Shown here: positions 8,521 through 16,701 of the stretch, piece after piece
Position numbering within the stretch: the stretch's first letter is position 1
How the letters are laid out: every line of letters begins with the position of its first letter
Virus record (IMG/VR): IMGVR_UViG_3300045988_054487
Direction: 5' to 3' (one strand)
Length of the DNA stretch: 46,554 bases
From: a virus
Notes under the pieces: generated by a model
What the model was told of the DNA's origin: nothing
Seen by the model: only the letters and a program-made list of their open reading frames with translations
Database searches by the model: none
Made by a program: the position numbers and the translations under genes

Positions 8521-8727
8521 ATGGTTAGATTAAGTGATGAATTTTACTTAGTAGATCAAACGAATAAACAACGAAAAATATCTGTAGAGTATTGCAGAGG
8601 TTGTGGAGATAGATATTATTTTAGTGGTATTTATGGAACTGAATTTCAAGACACCAGAGAAAAGTACACCAAAGATAAAATTCTTAATTTTGCTCAAGTT
8701 CACAACTTAGAAATCGAAGAGGTGTAA
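8521..8727 (+). CDS. Hypothetical protein (about 68 aa, CxxC-containing); start placed at the ATG at 8521 with RBS AAGGAGAG
   Basis: The ORF-track frame is 8494..8727; the internal ATG has the better RBS. Confidence 0.4.
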   Translation: MVRLSDEFYLVDQTNKQRKISVEYCRGCGDRYYFSGIYGTEFQDTREKYTKDKILNFAQVHNLEIEEV

Positions 8728-8729
8728 TG

Positions 8730-9164
8730 ATGTTCGAAACAGGTCAATATATCAAATTTAAAATGCAAGATAAACTTGTTATGGGCGAAATAATGTATAT
8801 TACCGAAAATTCAGATACCGGAAACATTAATTTTACTGTAGAAACAGATAATGATTTCATCATTGCAGTAGATCCTAAAGACATTAAAAAAGTTATATTT
8901 AGCAAAAATCAATACACATTAATCAAGAATAAACTTAAGCATATCAATTATTACTTATATACATCAGATGAGGAGAAAGTTTTCGGCGTGAGTATCGCAA
9001 ACGATAACTATTATATTTACAACTTAGCTAGCGATAGATATTGGAATCATGAAGTGACTGAAAAAGTCATGAATAAAAAACAATATAATAATTTCAAACA
9101 CAACAATAATCTCTACGAATTGTCAGAGATCAAAGATCAGTCAGACATATTTGATTTTTTATAG
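8730..9164 (+). CDS. Hypothetical protein (about 144 aa)
   Basis: ORF with an RBS (GAAGAGG); no recognisable motif. Confidence 0.45.
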   Translation: MFETGQYIKFKMQDKLVMGEIMYITENSDTGNINFTVETDNDFIIAVDPKDIKKVIFSKNQYTLIKNKLKHINYYLYTSDEEKVFGVSIANDNYYIYNLASDRYWNHEVTEKVMNKKQYNNFKHNNNLYELSEIKDQSDIFDFL

Positions 9165-9175
9165 GAGGTTAAATA

Positions 9176-9372
9176 TGGATAAAGAAATCAACTTCGATTA
9201 CGAGGTAACTTTAAAGATGAGAGTCAAACGTTCGTCTATAGTCAAAAACATAGAAAAAGAAGAGGAAAAAGAGGACGACTACTGGAGAGAAAGAATAGAC
9301 AACGACGTATTCAGCGAGGTTATAGAAGATCCTAAAATGGAAATCGAAGATGTAGAGGTAGAAAGAATTTAA
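9176..9372 (+). CDS. Hypothetical acidic protein (65 aa)
   Basis: ATG with RBS TAGGAGG; highly acidic. Confidence 0.4.
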
Positions 9373-9385
9373 GGAGGTGTTATCG

Positions 9386-9568
9386 TTGGAATTGAACTTA
9401 CTAGAGCCTGACGATGACATAATTTTTAAATATCCTAAAGGCACGAATTATTTTCCGGGAAAAGTTGTAGCATTACATTACAATTTCGAAGGGGATATGT
9501 ATTTAGAACTAAAAGTAGATACAGAAACAGTTTATATAAATAGCGATTATGACATCGTTAAAATTTAG
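9386..9568 (+). CDS. Hypothetical protein (about 60 aa; TTG start after RBS AAGGAGG)
   Basis: The track's GTG start overlaps the RBS, so the TTG 8 nt downstream of AAGGAGG is preferred. Confidence 0.35.
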   Translation: MELNLLEPDDDIIFKYPKGTNYFPGKVVALHYNFEGDMYLELKVDTETVYINSDYDIVKI

Positions 9569-9580
9569 GAGGATAAACAA

Positions 9581-9862
9581 ATGATTGTATCAAATAAAAA
9601 AATAGAAGCATACGAAGGCAATGAGAATTACGACATTATATCTAATCCAAGTCACTATAATGGTAATGGAGATATTGATTTAATAGAGTTTTGCAGACAA
9701 CAATTTACAGAAGAAGAATTTAGAGGCGCAATGAAATTTACACAAATGCGATATGCCTTAAGAACAGGTAGAAAAGATGATGAATTGCAAGAGCAAAAGA
9801 AATTGAGAGAATATGCTGATAGAAATATCAAAAGAATAGAGAAAGAAAGAGGTATTGAATAA
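9581..9862 (+). CDS. DUF3310-like phage protein (PSHY motif)
   Basis: 93 aa with the segment PSHYNGNGDIDLIEF…KY-like/ALRTGRKDD, characteristic of DUF3310-family phage proteins; assigned from memory. Confidence 0.4.
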   Translation: MIVSNKKIEAYEGNENYDIISNPSHYNGNGDIDLIEFCRQQFTEEEFRGAMKFTQMRYALRTGRKDDELQEQKKLREYADRNIKRIEKERGIE

Positions 9863-10374
9863 TGCAGGTTTATTTAGCAGGAGATATGTTAAGCGAAGGA
9901 CAACAACTTAGGAGAACATATGAAAAAGAAAGAATAGAAGAATTAGGGTTTAAGGTTTACAACCCTTCTGATGATAAAAGTATTAACGATAAAAAGAATG
10001 CAAAACAGGATAATTTAGCTGAAAGAATAGTCGAGAATGACACCAGAGGTATTTCAGAAAGTCACATTCTTGTATTTGATTATCTACCTCATGCACAGGG
10101 AACACTAACCGAACTAGGTTATGTACAAGCTATATTAAGAGAAATGAAAAGAGAAAGTTTTAAACCGCCTTTAGTATTTGTTCAATGTACAGACATAAGA
10201 CAGGGCAACGGACATATACCGACAGAGAGCGACAGATTTGAATTTAGTATAAACCAATATGTATATGGTGTGATATTAGAAGTCACTGAAGGTAGAGGAA
10301 TACAAAGTTTTGATGAGATTTTAGAAACATTAAGAGAAATAAAAAAATTAAATTATTGGAGGATAAACAAATGA
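9862..10374 (+). CDS. Nucleoside 2-deoxyribosyltransferase-like protein
   Basis: N-terminal MQVYLAGDM motif and a candidate catalytic Glu in GTLTELGYVQA; both match the NDT family pattern. Confidence 0.4.
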   Translation: MQVYLAGDMLSEGQQLRRTYEKERIEELGFKVYNPSDDKSINDKKNAKQDNLAERIVENDTRGISESHILVFDYLPHAQGTLTELGYVQAILREMKRESFKPPLVFVQCTDIRQGNGHIPTESDRFEFSINQYVYGVILEVTEGRGIQSFDEILETLREIKKLNYWRINK

Positions 10375-10613
10375 CTAAAAACACATTAAACGATTTGAAC
10401 AACCACTTATTCGCGCAACTCGAAAGATTAGGAGATGAAGAACTAGCAGGAGATGAGTTGAAAGAAGAGCTTGAACGTTCTAGGGCTATATCAGACATAG
10501 CTAGAAATGTTGTGAGTAACGGCAACCTTATTTTACAAGCGCATAAGTTTAAGGATCAAAGAATAGACAATGAAAACCAACTGCCTGAAATGTTAGAGGA
10601 TAAAAAGAGATGA
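10371..10613 (+). CDS. Hypothetical protein (about 80 aa, acidic helical)
   Basis: ATG 8 nt after the RBS GGAGG. Confidence 0.4.
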   Translation: MTKNTLNDLNNHLFAQLERLGDEELAGDELKEELERSRAISDIARNVVSNGNLILQAHKFKDQRIDNENQLPEMLEDKKR

Positions 10614-11683
10614 CACGTTTGACATGGAAACAAAAGCACATTGACTTTGTTAATTCTATATACAAGCAAAACAAAGCAAAAGATGTGACGAAAATGTTTA
10701 ACGATAAATTTGGAACTGATTTAAGTGTTAGTGCAGTAAGTAAGAAAATAAGGTATCTAAAAGGGTTAAACGGAAGTTATAAAAACGAAAGTGAAAGGAA
10801 TGTGAACAATAAACCTATAGGAACGATAAGAAAGGGTTTGAATGGATATTTAGAAATAAAAATAAAAAACATAAAATATAACGGCGATAAAAATTGGAAA
10901 AAGTATCATGAATATATTTGGGAAAAAGAGAATGGTAAAACGATACCTGAAAAATATAAGGTAATTTTTCTTAATGATAACAAGAGAGATTGTCGTATAG
11001 AAAACCTTCGTTTAACAACTCGTCATGTCTATAGAGTTATGATTAGTAAGAAACTATTTTCTAATGATCCTAAAGAAACGATTAAAGGTATAAAAGAAGC
11101 TGAAACATTTATAAAATCTAAAAAGCCTAAGAGAACATCGTTTAATTGGGAAAAGAAACACATTGACTTTTTAAAAAAACATGCAAAAGGTAGTAACACA
11201 AAAGAGATAACAAAAAAGTTCAACGATCATTTCAACACTAATAACAGTGATATGTCAGTACGTACACAAGTGTATAATCATAATTTAAAATTCGATAACC
11301 ACCCCGGAAGATTTAAAAAAGGGAATATACCACCGGGAGAATATAAAATAGGAGACAAAGCTATAGACGGAGACGGTGGTGTGATAATAAAAATAGCAAA
11401 TGATCATCATAATTATAAAAGGAATTGGAAGAAGTACCATATTTATTTATGGGAAAAGTATAAAGGAACCGTACCTGAAGAACACTTAGTCATATTTTTA
11501 AATAATGATAACAGAGACTTTAGAATAGAAAATTTAGAACTTGTCCCTAGAAGTATTTATCAAATGATGATATTAAACGACTTAGTATATGACGATCCAG
11601 AACTTACGAAAACAGGTATTAATATAGCTAAGTTATTAAAAAAACAAACTAAAAATTCAGTGAAAGAGATGAAAAAAAGATAA
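10610..11683 (+). CDS. Tandem-duplicated HNH_3-like protein (two about 175-aa modules; the His general base is replaced in both), a putative DNA-binding/HNH-derived protein
   Basis: Module A (aa 1-175) and module B (aa 176-357) align throughout: W.(Q/K)KHIDF, KxFNDxF…S.SAV, and NWKKYH(E/I)Y(I/L)WEK..G..PE…VIFLN.DN.D.RIENL(R/E)L. The HNH_3 consensus vdHiD appears as VIFLND in both. Confidence 0.45.
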   Translation: MTRLTWKQKHIDFVNSIYKQNKAKDVTKMFNDKFGTDLSVSAVSKKIRYLKGLNGSYKNESERNVNNKPIGTIRKGLNGYLEIKIKNIKYNGDKNWKKYHEYIWEKENGKTIPEKYKVIFLNDNKRDCRIENLRLTTRHVYRVMISKKLFSNDPKETIKGIKEAETFIKSKKPKRTSFNWEKKHIDFLKKHAKGSNTKEITKKFNDHFNTNNSDMSVRTQVYNHNLKFDNHPGRFKKGNIPPGEYKIGDKAIDGDGGVIIKIANDHHNYKRNWKKYHIYLWEKYKGTVPEEHLVIFLNNDNRDFRIENLELVPRSIYQMMILNDLVYDDPELTKTGINIAKLLKKQTKNSVKEMKKR

Positions 11684-11943
11684 TGGATTATATAGAACAA
11701 GCACTTGAAGAAATTGAAGAAAAAATAGGAAAAGAATTAGATCTAAAAAGTGAAACATATTTACTTCAAACACCATCGGCTTATATATACGTTGGATTAG
11801 AAGAAGGCGATGACGGAGAAATGGAATTAAAAATACATGTTACTGGTGGCAACATCACTTATTTAGAAACAGATAACGACATGTTCAAAGACTTATATGT
11901 AAATGTTGATGAGGGAGAGAAGGATAAAAATGGCGACAGATAA
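11683..11943 (+). CDS. Hypothetical acidic protein (86 aa)
   Basis: ATGA overlap with the upstream gene. Confidence 0.4.
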   Translation: MDYIEQALEEIEEKIGKELDLKSETYLLQTPSAYIYVGLEEGDDGEMELKIHVTGGNITYLETDNDMFKDLYVNVDEGEKDKNGDR

Positions 11944-12109
11944 ACAAGTGGAATATGTTAAGGGCTTGCAAAAACAAACTTCACTTACTGATTATAGTCG
12001 TAAAGAAATAAAAGCTATGACACATGAAGAGGTAAGTGATTTAATAGATGAATTACGAGATGACATATTATATAACGAGTTAATGAGTTATGGATTACCA
12101 AATCAATAA
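11930..12109 (+). CDS. Hypothetical protein (59 aa)
   Basis: Internal ATG with an RBS (GGAGAGAAGG). Confidence 0.35.
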   Translation: MATDKQVEYVKGLQKQTSLTDYSRKEIKAMTHEEVSDLIDELRDDILYNELMSYGLPNQ

Positions 12110-12127
12110 ATAAGGAGTGTATAAGAA

Positions 12128-12550
12128 ATGGTAAAGATAAAGAAAAAAACATATAAAGACTTACGCAATCTTATTAATTGGGGGATTAAAAATGATGTAC
12201 GAAGCAAGAAGTATTACAGTTGCCACCATTCTAACAAAGAACATATTTTGCAATTTGATGAACTAGGAAAAATAAGTTTACAAGGCAATGTATCAACGTT
12301 AGAAGCGTTTGAAGTTGAAGTAGAAGTAGAAATCACAGAGGATACAGTAATTCCTAGACTTTTAGAAGTTAGAAATGCAATACCTTCAAAAAGTACAGAG
12401 TGGCAAGATTTAAAATTATTCAAATCTTATTTATATGCTAATCATTCTATTTCGGAATTTAAAGATAAAAATAGTGCCGCTATTTACATCTTAAATGATG
12501 ATATGACAATGACTTTAATTTGGAAGGACGGGGAGATCATTGGAGATTAA
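12128..12550 (+). CDS. Hypothetical protein (140 aa)
   Basis: RBS TAAGGAG. Confidence 0.45.
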   Translation: MVKIKKKTYKDLRNLINWGIKNDVRSKKYYSCHHSNKEHILQFDELGKISLQGNVSTLEAFEVEVEVEITEDTVIPRLLEVRNAIPSKSTEWQDLKLFKSYLYANHSISEFKDKNSAAIYILNDDMTMTLIWKDGEIIGD

Positions 12551-12791
12551 AGATTACAAAGATATTTGGTTCAAGTTGAAAGAAAAGAAATTACAAGAAT
12601 ATGCGGGATTTCATCGTTTATTAAATCAAACTATAAAGCCTGATAGTCAATATCATTTATTTCAGATAGCCAACGCAATGGTAGGTAAAAACGAGGTATA
12701 TCAAGTATTAGAACAAATGGATCTATTAGACGGGACGCAAGAGTTTCAAAAACTATTAAATGATTTGGAGCGTGAGGATAATGAAAATTAA
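12540..12791 (+). CDS. Hypothetical protein (83 aa, TTG start)
   Basis: ORF track; RBS GGGGAG upstream. Confidence 0.35.
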   Translation: MEIKDYKDIWFKLKEKKLQEYAGFHRLLNQTIKPDSQYHLFQIANAMVGKNEVYQVLEQMDLLDGTQEFQKLLNDLEREDNEN

Positions 12792-13044
12792 TATTGAAAA
12801 TGATATTACAGCAGAACTTTTGTTACAAGGAATAAAATTTCATGAAGAAACAAGAAAAGACGGGAAAGCATGTGACAGAATTAAAGAAATAGAAATATTA
12901 CTCGTAAATATAATAGGGTATTTAGGATACCTTAAAAACGAAACAATGACAGATCCTAGAAATTTAAGCGGCAAAGAAATCAGAGGAAATATAGACAATT
13001 TAATCGAAAGAATTAAAGAGGAAATATACGAAATTGAAGAATAA
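12781..13044 (+). CDS. Hypothetical protein (about 87 aa)
   Basis: Internal ATG of the ORF-track frame 12760..13044. Confidence 0.35.
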   Translation: MKINIENDITAELLLQGIKFHEETRKDGKACDRIKEIEILLVNIIGYLGYLKNETMTDPRNLSGKEIRGNIDNLIERIKEEIYEIEE

Positions 13045-13071
13045 TAGGAATTTAAGTAAGGAGTGCTTAGA

Positions 13072-13524
13072 ATGGATAATATGAAAATTAGAGCGTGGGA
13101 TAAGAAAGAGAAAAGAATGTGCAGTGTTGTAGCTATATGGTTTAGTCTTGGCAGTATTATTTTAGAGAGTGGTATATTTGTTTACGAAAGAAAACTTGAT
13201 GAAGTCGAATTAATGCAATCAACAGGCTTAAAAGATAAGAACGGTGTAGAGATATACGAGGGGGACATCATCGAATTTGAGGATGAATCTTTTTGTTATC
13301 CATTCGATGATGAGGCTATAGTTGAAATAATAAATAGAGCACAGGTAATTATAGATAAGGTTAAAGGTGTTTTTTTAGAAAACTTTATGGTAAAAGACAG
13401 TACGATTGCTAAAGAATATAAATATTATTATGATTTGCCAACATCTGAAAAAACAATATTTTTTAAAGAATGTAGTGTTGTAGGTAATGTGTTTGAAGAT
13501 GAAAATTTACTGGAGGACGTGTAA
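13072..13524 (+). CDS. YopX-family phage protein
   Basis: IRAWDKKEKRM near the N-terminus and GLKDKNGVEIYEGDII, hallmark YopX motifs; RBS TAAGGAG 8 nt upstream. Confidence 0.55.
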   Translation: MDNMKIRAWDKKEKRMCSVVAIWFSLGSIILESGIFVYERKLDEVELMQSTGLKDKNGVEIYEGDIIEFEDESFCYPFDDEAIVEIINRAQVIIDKVKGVFLENFMVKDSTIAKEYKYYYDLPTSEKTIFFKECSVVGNVFEDENLLEDV

Positions 13525-13842
13525 ATGACAAAAGATCCGAAATTCGTTGTACATGGATCACAAGTTCAAAAATGGACTGATGATATTCAACAATTAAAGA
13601 AAGAACGTGACAGTTTCCGTAAACAAAGAGATGAACTTATCAATGATATGGCAGAAACGAAAAGGAAAGCAGAGGCGTTTGATAAGATAAAGAAATATAC
13701 ATTAGACAAAATTGAAACGTTAACTACAAGAAAAGAGTTTGCACCAAATTTTAATAACTTTGGATACTTCGGAAACTTACTAATCGCATATAAAAATATT
13801 GAAAATAAGATAAATGATTTGGAGTGTGGTAGTGATGAGTGA
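13525..13842 (+). CDS. Hypothetical coiled-coil protein (105 aa)
   Basis: RBS GGAGGA. Confidence 0.4.
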   Translation: MTKDPKFVVHGSQVQKWTDDIQQLKKERDSFRKQRDELINDMAETKRKAEAFDKIKKYTLDKIETLTTRKEFAPNFNNFGYFGNLLIAYKNIENKINDLECGSDE

Positions 13843-14128
13843 AGAAACTATATACCTAGATGAAAATGACTTACTCAGCTTATTGAATGGTGGTAGTTTT
13901 CATACATTGGTCGGCGAACAAAAAGTAGTTATTAAGCAGTCGTCACTTAAACCACCAGTAGCACCTGCGTTGAATTACAGATATCAAATAGTTGATACAA
14001 AAGCAGAAAGTGAACGTTTTTCAAGAATGATACAACATTCAATTAATTCAAATATTGGAGGAACAATAAATGACAAATACATTAACACTAGATCAATTAG
14101 TAGAACAAGTACAACAATGGAGTATTGA
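13835..14128 (+). CDS. Hypothetical protein (about 97 aa); its 3' end overlaps the MazG gene by 59 nt
   Basis: ORF-track frame; the overlap is unusually long. Confidence 0.3.
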   Translation: MSEETIYLDENDLLSLLNGGSFHTLVGEQKVVIKQSSLKPPVAPALNYRYQIVDTKAESERFSRMIQHSINSNIGGTINDKYINTRSISRTSTTMEY

Positions 14129-14393
14129 TAAAGATTTACACAAAGGTAATTCAGATAGACAAGCGCTTAAATTCTATGAGGAAGCCGGAGAAGTAGCTGC
14201 TGCATTGTCACGTGGTCAAATGGACGCACTGAAAGACGGTATAGGAGATACAGTCGTTACATTAATCATATTAGCGCAACAACATGATATGACATTACAG
14301 GAGTGTTTACAATTTGCTTATGACGAAATAAAAGGAAGAAAAGGAAAGACAATCAATGGAACGTTCATCAAAGAGTCAGACCTTAAAGAATAA
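14070..14393 (+). CDS. MazG-like nucleotide pyrophosphohydrolase
   Basis: All-alpha NTP-PPase signature …ALKFYEEAGEVAAALSRG…GIGDTVVTLIILA…; RBS GGAGGA. Confidence 0.55.
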   Translation: MTNTLTLDQLVEQVQQWSIDKDLHKGNSDRQALKFYEEAGEVAAALSRGQMDALKDGIGDTVVTLIILAQQHDMTLQECLQFAYDEIKGRKGKTINGTFIKESDLKE

Positions 14394-14450
14394 AGATATA
14401 GTAGCAGAGATTAAAAGAATACTTCGCAAAGAGTAACGAGGAGTGAGAAA

Positions 14451-14924
14451 ATGAATATTAAAAAAGCTAGAAAGAAACCTGTAGAAATTGAGTTTATGCA
14501 ATTTAAAGACATGGGGAATGTAGATGATATTGAAACATGGACTAACTTAAAAGCAGTTTATGATTATGGCAACGACGGTAAAATAATGTATATTGATACG
14601 CTAGAAGGTGTAATGACAGCTAATATCGGAGACTATATCGTTAAAGGATTAAATGGAGAATTTTATCCAGTTAAACCTGATATATTAAAAAAAGACATAC
14701 GAGGTGTTGGGGAATTGACACAATACTTAATCAGAGAATTTACAGATAGCATAGGACATATACACAAACACATCGAGCAAGCTAGATTTAATGAGAAAAT
14801 GACACTTGTAGAAGCAGATAGTAAAGAAGAGGCTGACATAAAGAGAATACAAGCCATAAAATTACCTGATATAACGTTAAAAGATAGATTGAAAGGTATT
14901 ATTGGTAGATTATTTAGAAAATGA
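14451..14924 (+). CDS. Hypothetical protein (157 aa)
   Basis: RBS GAGGAG. Confidence 0.45.
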   Translation: MNIKKARKKPVEIEFMQFKDMGNVDDIETWTNLKAVYDYGNDGKIMYIDTLEGVMTANIGDYIVKGLNGEFYPVKPDILKKDIRGVGELTQYLIREFTDSIGHIHKHIEQARFNEKMTLVEADSKEEADIKRIQAIKLPDITLKDRLKGIIGRLFRK

Positions 14925-14940
14925 TTAGGAGTGATCAATA

Positions 14941-15273
14941 ATGATAGTTTATTTACCACATTACGATAACGGGGAAGATTATAGTGATTATTCACATAAC
15001 GTGAGTACCAAAGCATATGTCAGATTAGAAGATGCTATTCAAGAGATAAAAGATAATGGCTTTATTATTAGAGAAGATAAGGATGTAAGTAGCATAGTAA
15101 GTACTGGTTATATAGGGGGAGATGTAGATGATAAGATCTTACCTTTTGCTTTTTACTCAATCAGTTTAGAAGAATATAGAAACAGGTTCAAATATAGTTA
15201 TTTTCCTGACGATAGTAGGGAATTTGCTTATATTAACGAAATAGAATTAGTGGAGGGAGAAACTGATGCTTAA
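14941..15273 (+). CDS. Hypothetical protein (110 aa)
   Basis: RBS TAGGAG. Confidence 0.45.
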   Translation: MIVYLPHYDNGEDYSDYSHNVSTKAYVRLEDAIQEIKDNGFIIREDKDVSSIVSTGYIGGDVDDKILPFAFYSISLEEYRNRFKYSYFPDDSREFAYINEIELVEGETDA

Positions 15274-15424
15274 ACGTATATTAAAGATTTGGTTTATTAT
15301 TATGATGTATGAAGTTGGTAAACTATTAGGCAGGGAGTTGTATTACTACTTAACAGCCAATGATGATATTGAAGCGCCAAACGACTTTAATGAAGAAGAT
15401 CACATACATTTAAACGATTTATAA
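15266..15424 (+). CDS. Small single-TM peptide (52 aa); below the ORF-track size cut-off
   Basis: ATG at 15266 with RBS GGAGGG 8 nt upstream; hydrophobic core ILKIWFIIMMYEVG. Confidence 0.35.
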   Translation: MLKRILKIWFIIMMYEVGKLLGRELYYYLTANDDIEAPNDFNEEDHIHLNDL

Positions 15425-15442
15425 TTAAGGAGTATTAATAAT

Positions 15443-15568
15443 ATGTGGATAATATTACCTATATTATTTGGAAGTATACCAGTTATCAGCTTTATCATAG
15501 GGGTAAAGAGAGCAGATAAAATTAATCAAGTAGTTAAAGGAGAATATAAAAATGTGGATAGCAATTAG
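15443..15568 (+). CDS. Small single-TM peptide (41 aa); below the ORF-track size cut-off
   Basis: ATG with RBS AAGGAG; MWIILPILFGSIPVISFIIG. Confidence 0.3.
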   Translation: MWIILPILFGSIPVISFIIGVKRADKINQVVKGEYKNVDSN

Positions 15569-15755
15569 TGTAGTATTAGGGATTATATCTTTAATATCTA
15601 TATTTGAGAACATGAGTAAAAGCAACACAATAAAATCGCTAGCATACGAGAACGCTTATCTTTTTATATTAATGCACGAAAAAGAGGACAAAAGTATAAA
15701 AGATATTAACGATATGGCGAAAAGTGCTATTGAAAGACAGAGGTTTATAAAATGA
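15552..15755 (+). CDS. Small membrane protein (67 aa)
   Basis: RBS AAAGGAG; N-terminal TM helix. Confidence 0.4.
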   Translation: MWIAISVVLGIISLISIFENMSKSNTIKSLAYENAYLFILMHEKEDKSIKDINDMAKSAIERQRFIK

Positions 15756-16231
15756 TAAATTATGCAAATAGAGGCAAGTTTTTAGAAACTGTCATCAATA
15801 ATACGAACAAGATTTATAAAATGGAAAGTGTGGCTATCATAGATAAGATAGCTACACCTATTAACTACAACAAAAAAGGTAAAAGCGCGTTTTATGAAGC
15901 GAAAAGCACTGTAGATTTTGTAGGGTGCTTAAACGAAGGACGTATGATAGCTTTTGATACTAAACAAACGAAACAAAAGTCGCTGCGATTTGCTAATATA
16001 GGACGACATCAAGAAGAATATTTAAGGAATATAAGCAAATTAGGTGGCATAGCATTTTTTCTTGTATATTTTGAAGCAGTAAATAAATACTACAGAATAA
16101 GCATAAATGATTATATGTATTTTAAAAATAATACAGGACGAAAAAGCATACCGATTAAGTTTTTCGAAGATAATATCACAGAGGTGCGAAGCAAAGAAGG
16201 TTATCCCGTACATTATTTAGACGGGTTGTGA
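15752..16231 (+). CDS. RecU-like Holliday junction resolvase
   Basis: Conserved core DFVG…GRMIAFDTKQTKQKSLRFANIGRHQEEYL…GGIAFFLVYF, parallel to the RecU D…FEAKET…HQ motifs. Confidence 0.5.
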   Translation: MINYANRGKFLETVINNTNKIYKMESVAIIDKIATPINYNKKGKSAFYEAKSTVDFVGCLNEGRMIAFDTKQTKQKSLRFANIGRHQEEYLRNISKLGGIAFFLVYFEAVNKYYRISINDYMYFKNNTGRKSIPIKFFEDNITEVRSKEGYPVHYLDGL

Positions 16232-16265
16232 TTGACTATGAAACCTATATGTATTATATTTATTA

Positions 16266-16284
16266 TAGCAATTATATATTGCTA
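16266..16284. repeat. Palindrome TAGCAAT-TATAT-ATTGCTA immediately downstream of recU-like gene
   Basis: Perfect 7-bp inverted arms separated by 5 nt. Confidence 0.5.
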
Positions 16285-16370
16285 ATGATTTAATCCTTTG
16301 TTTATCTTTTTCTTGTAATTTGTAATTTGATTTTCTCATTATCATTTCTGACTGCATGACTTACTTAGTA

Positions 16371-16400
16371 CGCCGGCTATTTTAGTCGGTGTATTTTTTT
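16371..16400 (+). terminator. Candidate rho-independent terminator (CGCCGGC-TATTTTA-GTCGGTG with two G-U pairs, then TATTTTTTT)
   Basis: GC-rich imperfect stem followed by a T tract. Confidence 0.45.
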
Positions 16401-16466
16401 GTCTGATTTTAATAATGAATAAAACATAACTCGTGTTTATCTCGTATATATTTTGTTATATTTTCG

Positions 16467-16495
16467 TGCATATCTTGTTCGTATTGTGTTATAAT
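16467..16495 (+). promoter_or_regulatory. Promoter P4 with extended -10 (TGtTATAAT at 16487-16495), a weak -35 and an AT-rich upstream region; drives the nuclease/MTase/packaging operon
   Basis: Consensus -10 with TG, same architecture as P1-P3. Confidence 0.5.
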
Positions 16496-16528
16496 AGAGT
16501 ATAAGCAAAAACAGAAAGTAGGGAAGGT

Positions 16529-16693
16529 ATGAAAGGAGCGTACGATGTACACGAAGTCGCAGAATTTTTAGAAATAAGTGTTCAGTCAGTGAGGAAATAC
16601 ATCAAAGAAGGAAAGCTCAAAGCTGTATTGATCGCAAACAAGCACGTTATATCGGAACGTAATTATCAAAAGTTTATTGACGGAGATTGGTAG
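16529..16693 (+). CDS. Small HTH_17/excisionase-family-type DNA-binding protein (54 aa); not in the ORF track
   Basis: MKGAYDVHEVAEFLEISVQSVRKYIKEGKLKAVLIANKHVISERNYQKFIDGDW; a MerR/Xis-like HTH. RBS spacing is suboptimal. Confidence 0.4.
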   Translation: MKGAYDVHEVAEFLEISVQSVRKYIKEGKLKAVLIANKHVISERNYQKFIDGDW

Positions 16694-16701
16694 GTGTAAA
16701 A

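Noticed and set aside
13835-14393. 59-nt overlap between ORF 13835-14128 and the mazG-like gene as evidence of a frameshifted pseudogene
   Set aside because: mazG has its own strong RBS and an intact N-terminus. The upstream ORF simply runs on in another frame, and long overlaps occur in compact phage genomes. This is not enough to call a pseudogene.
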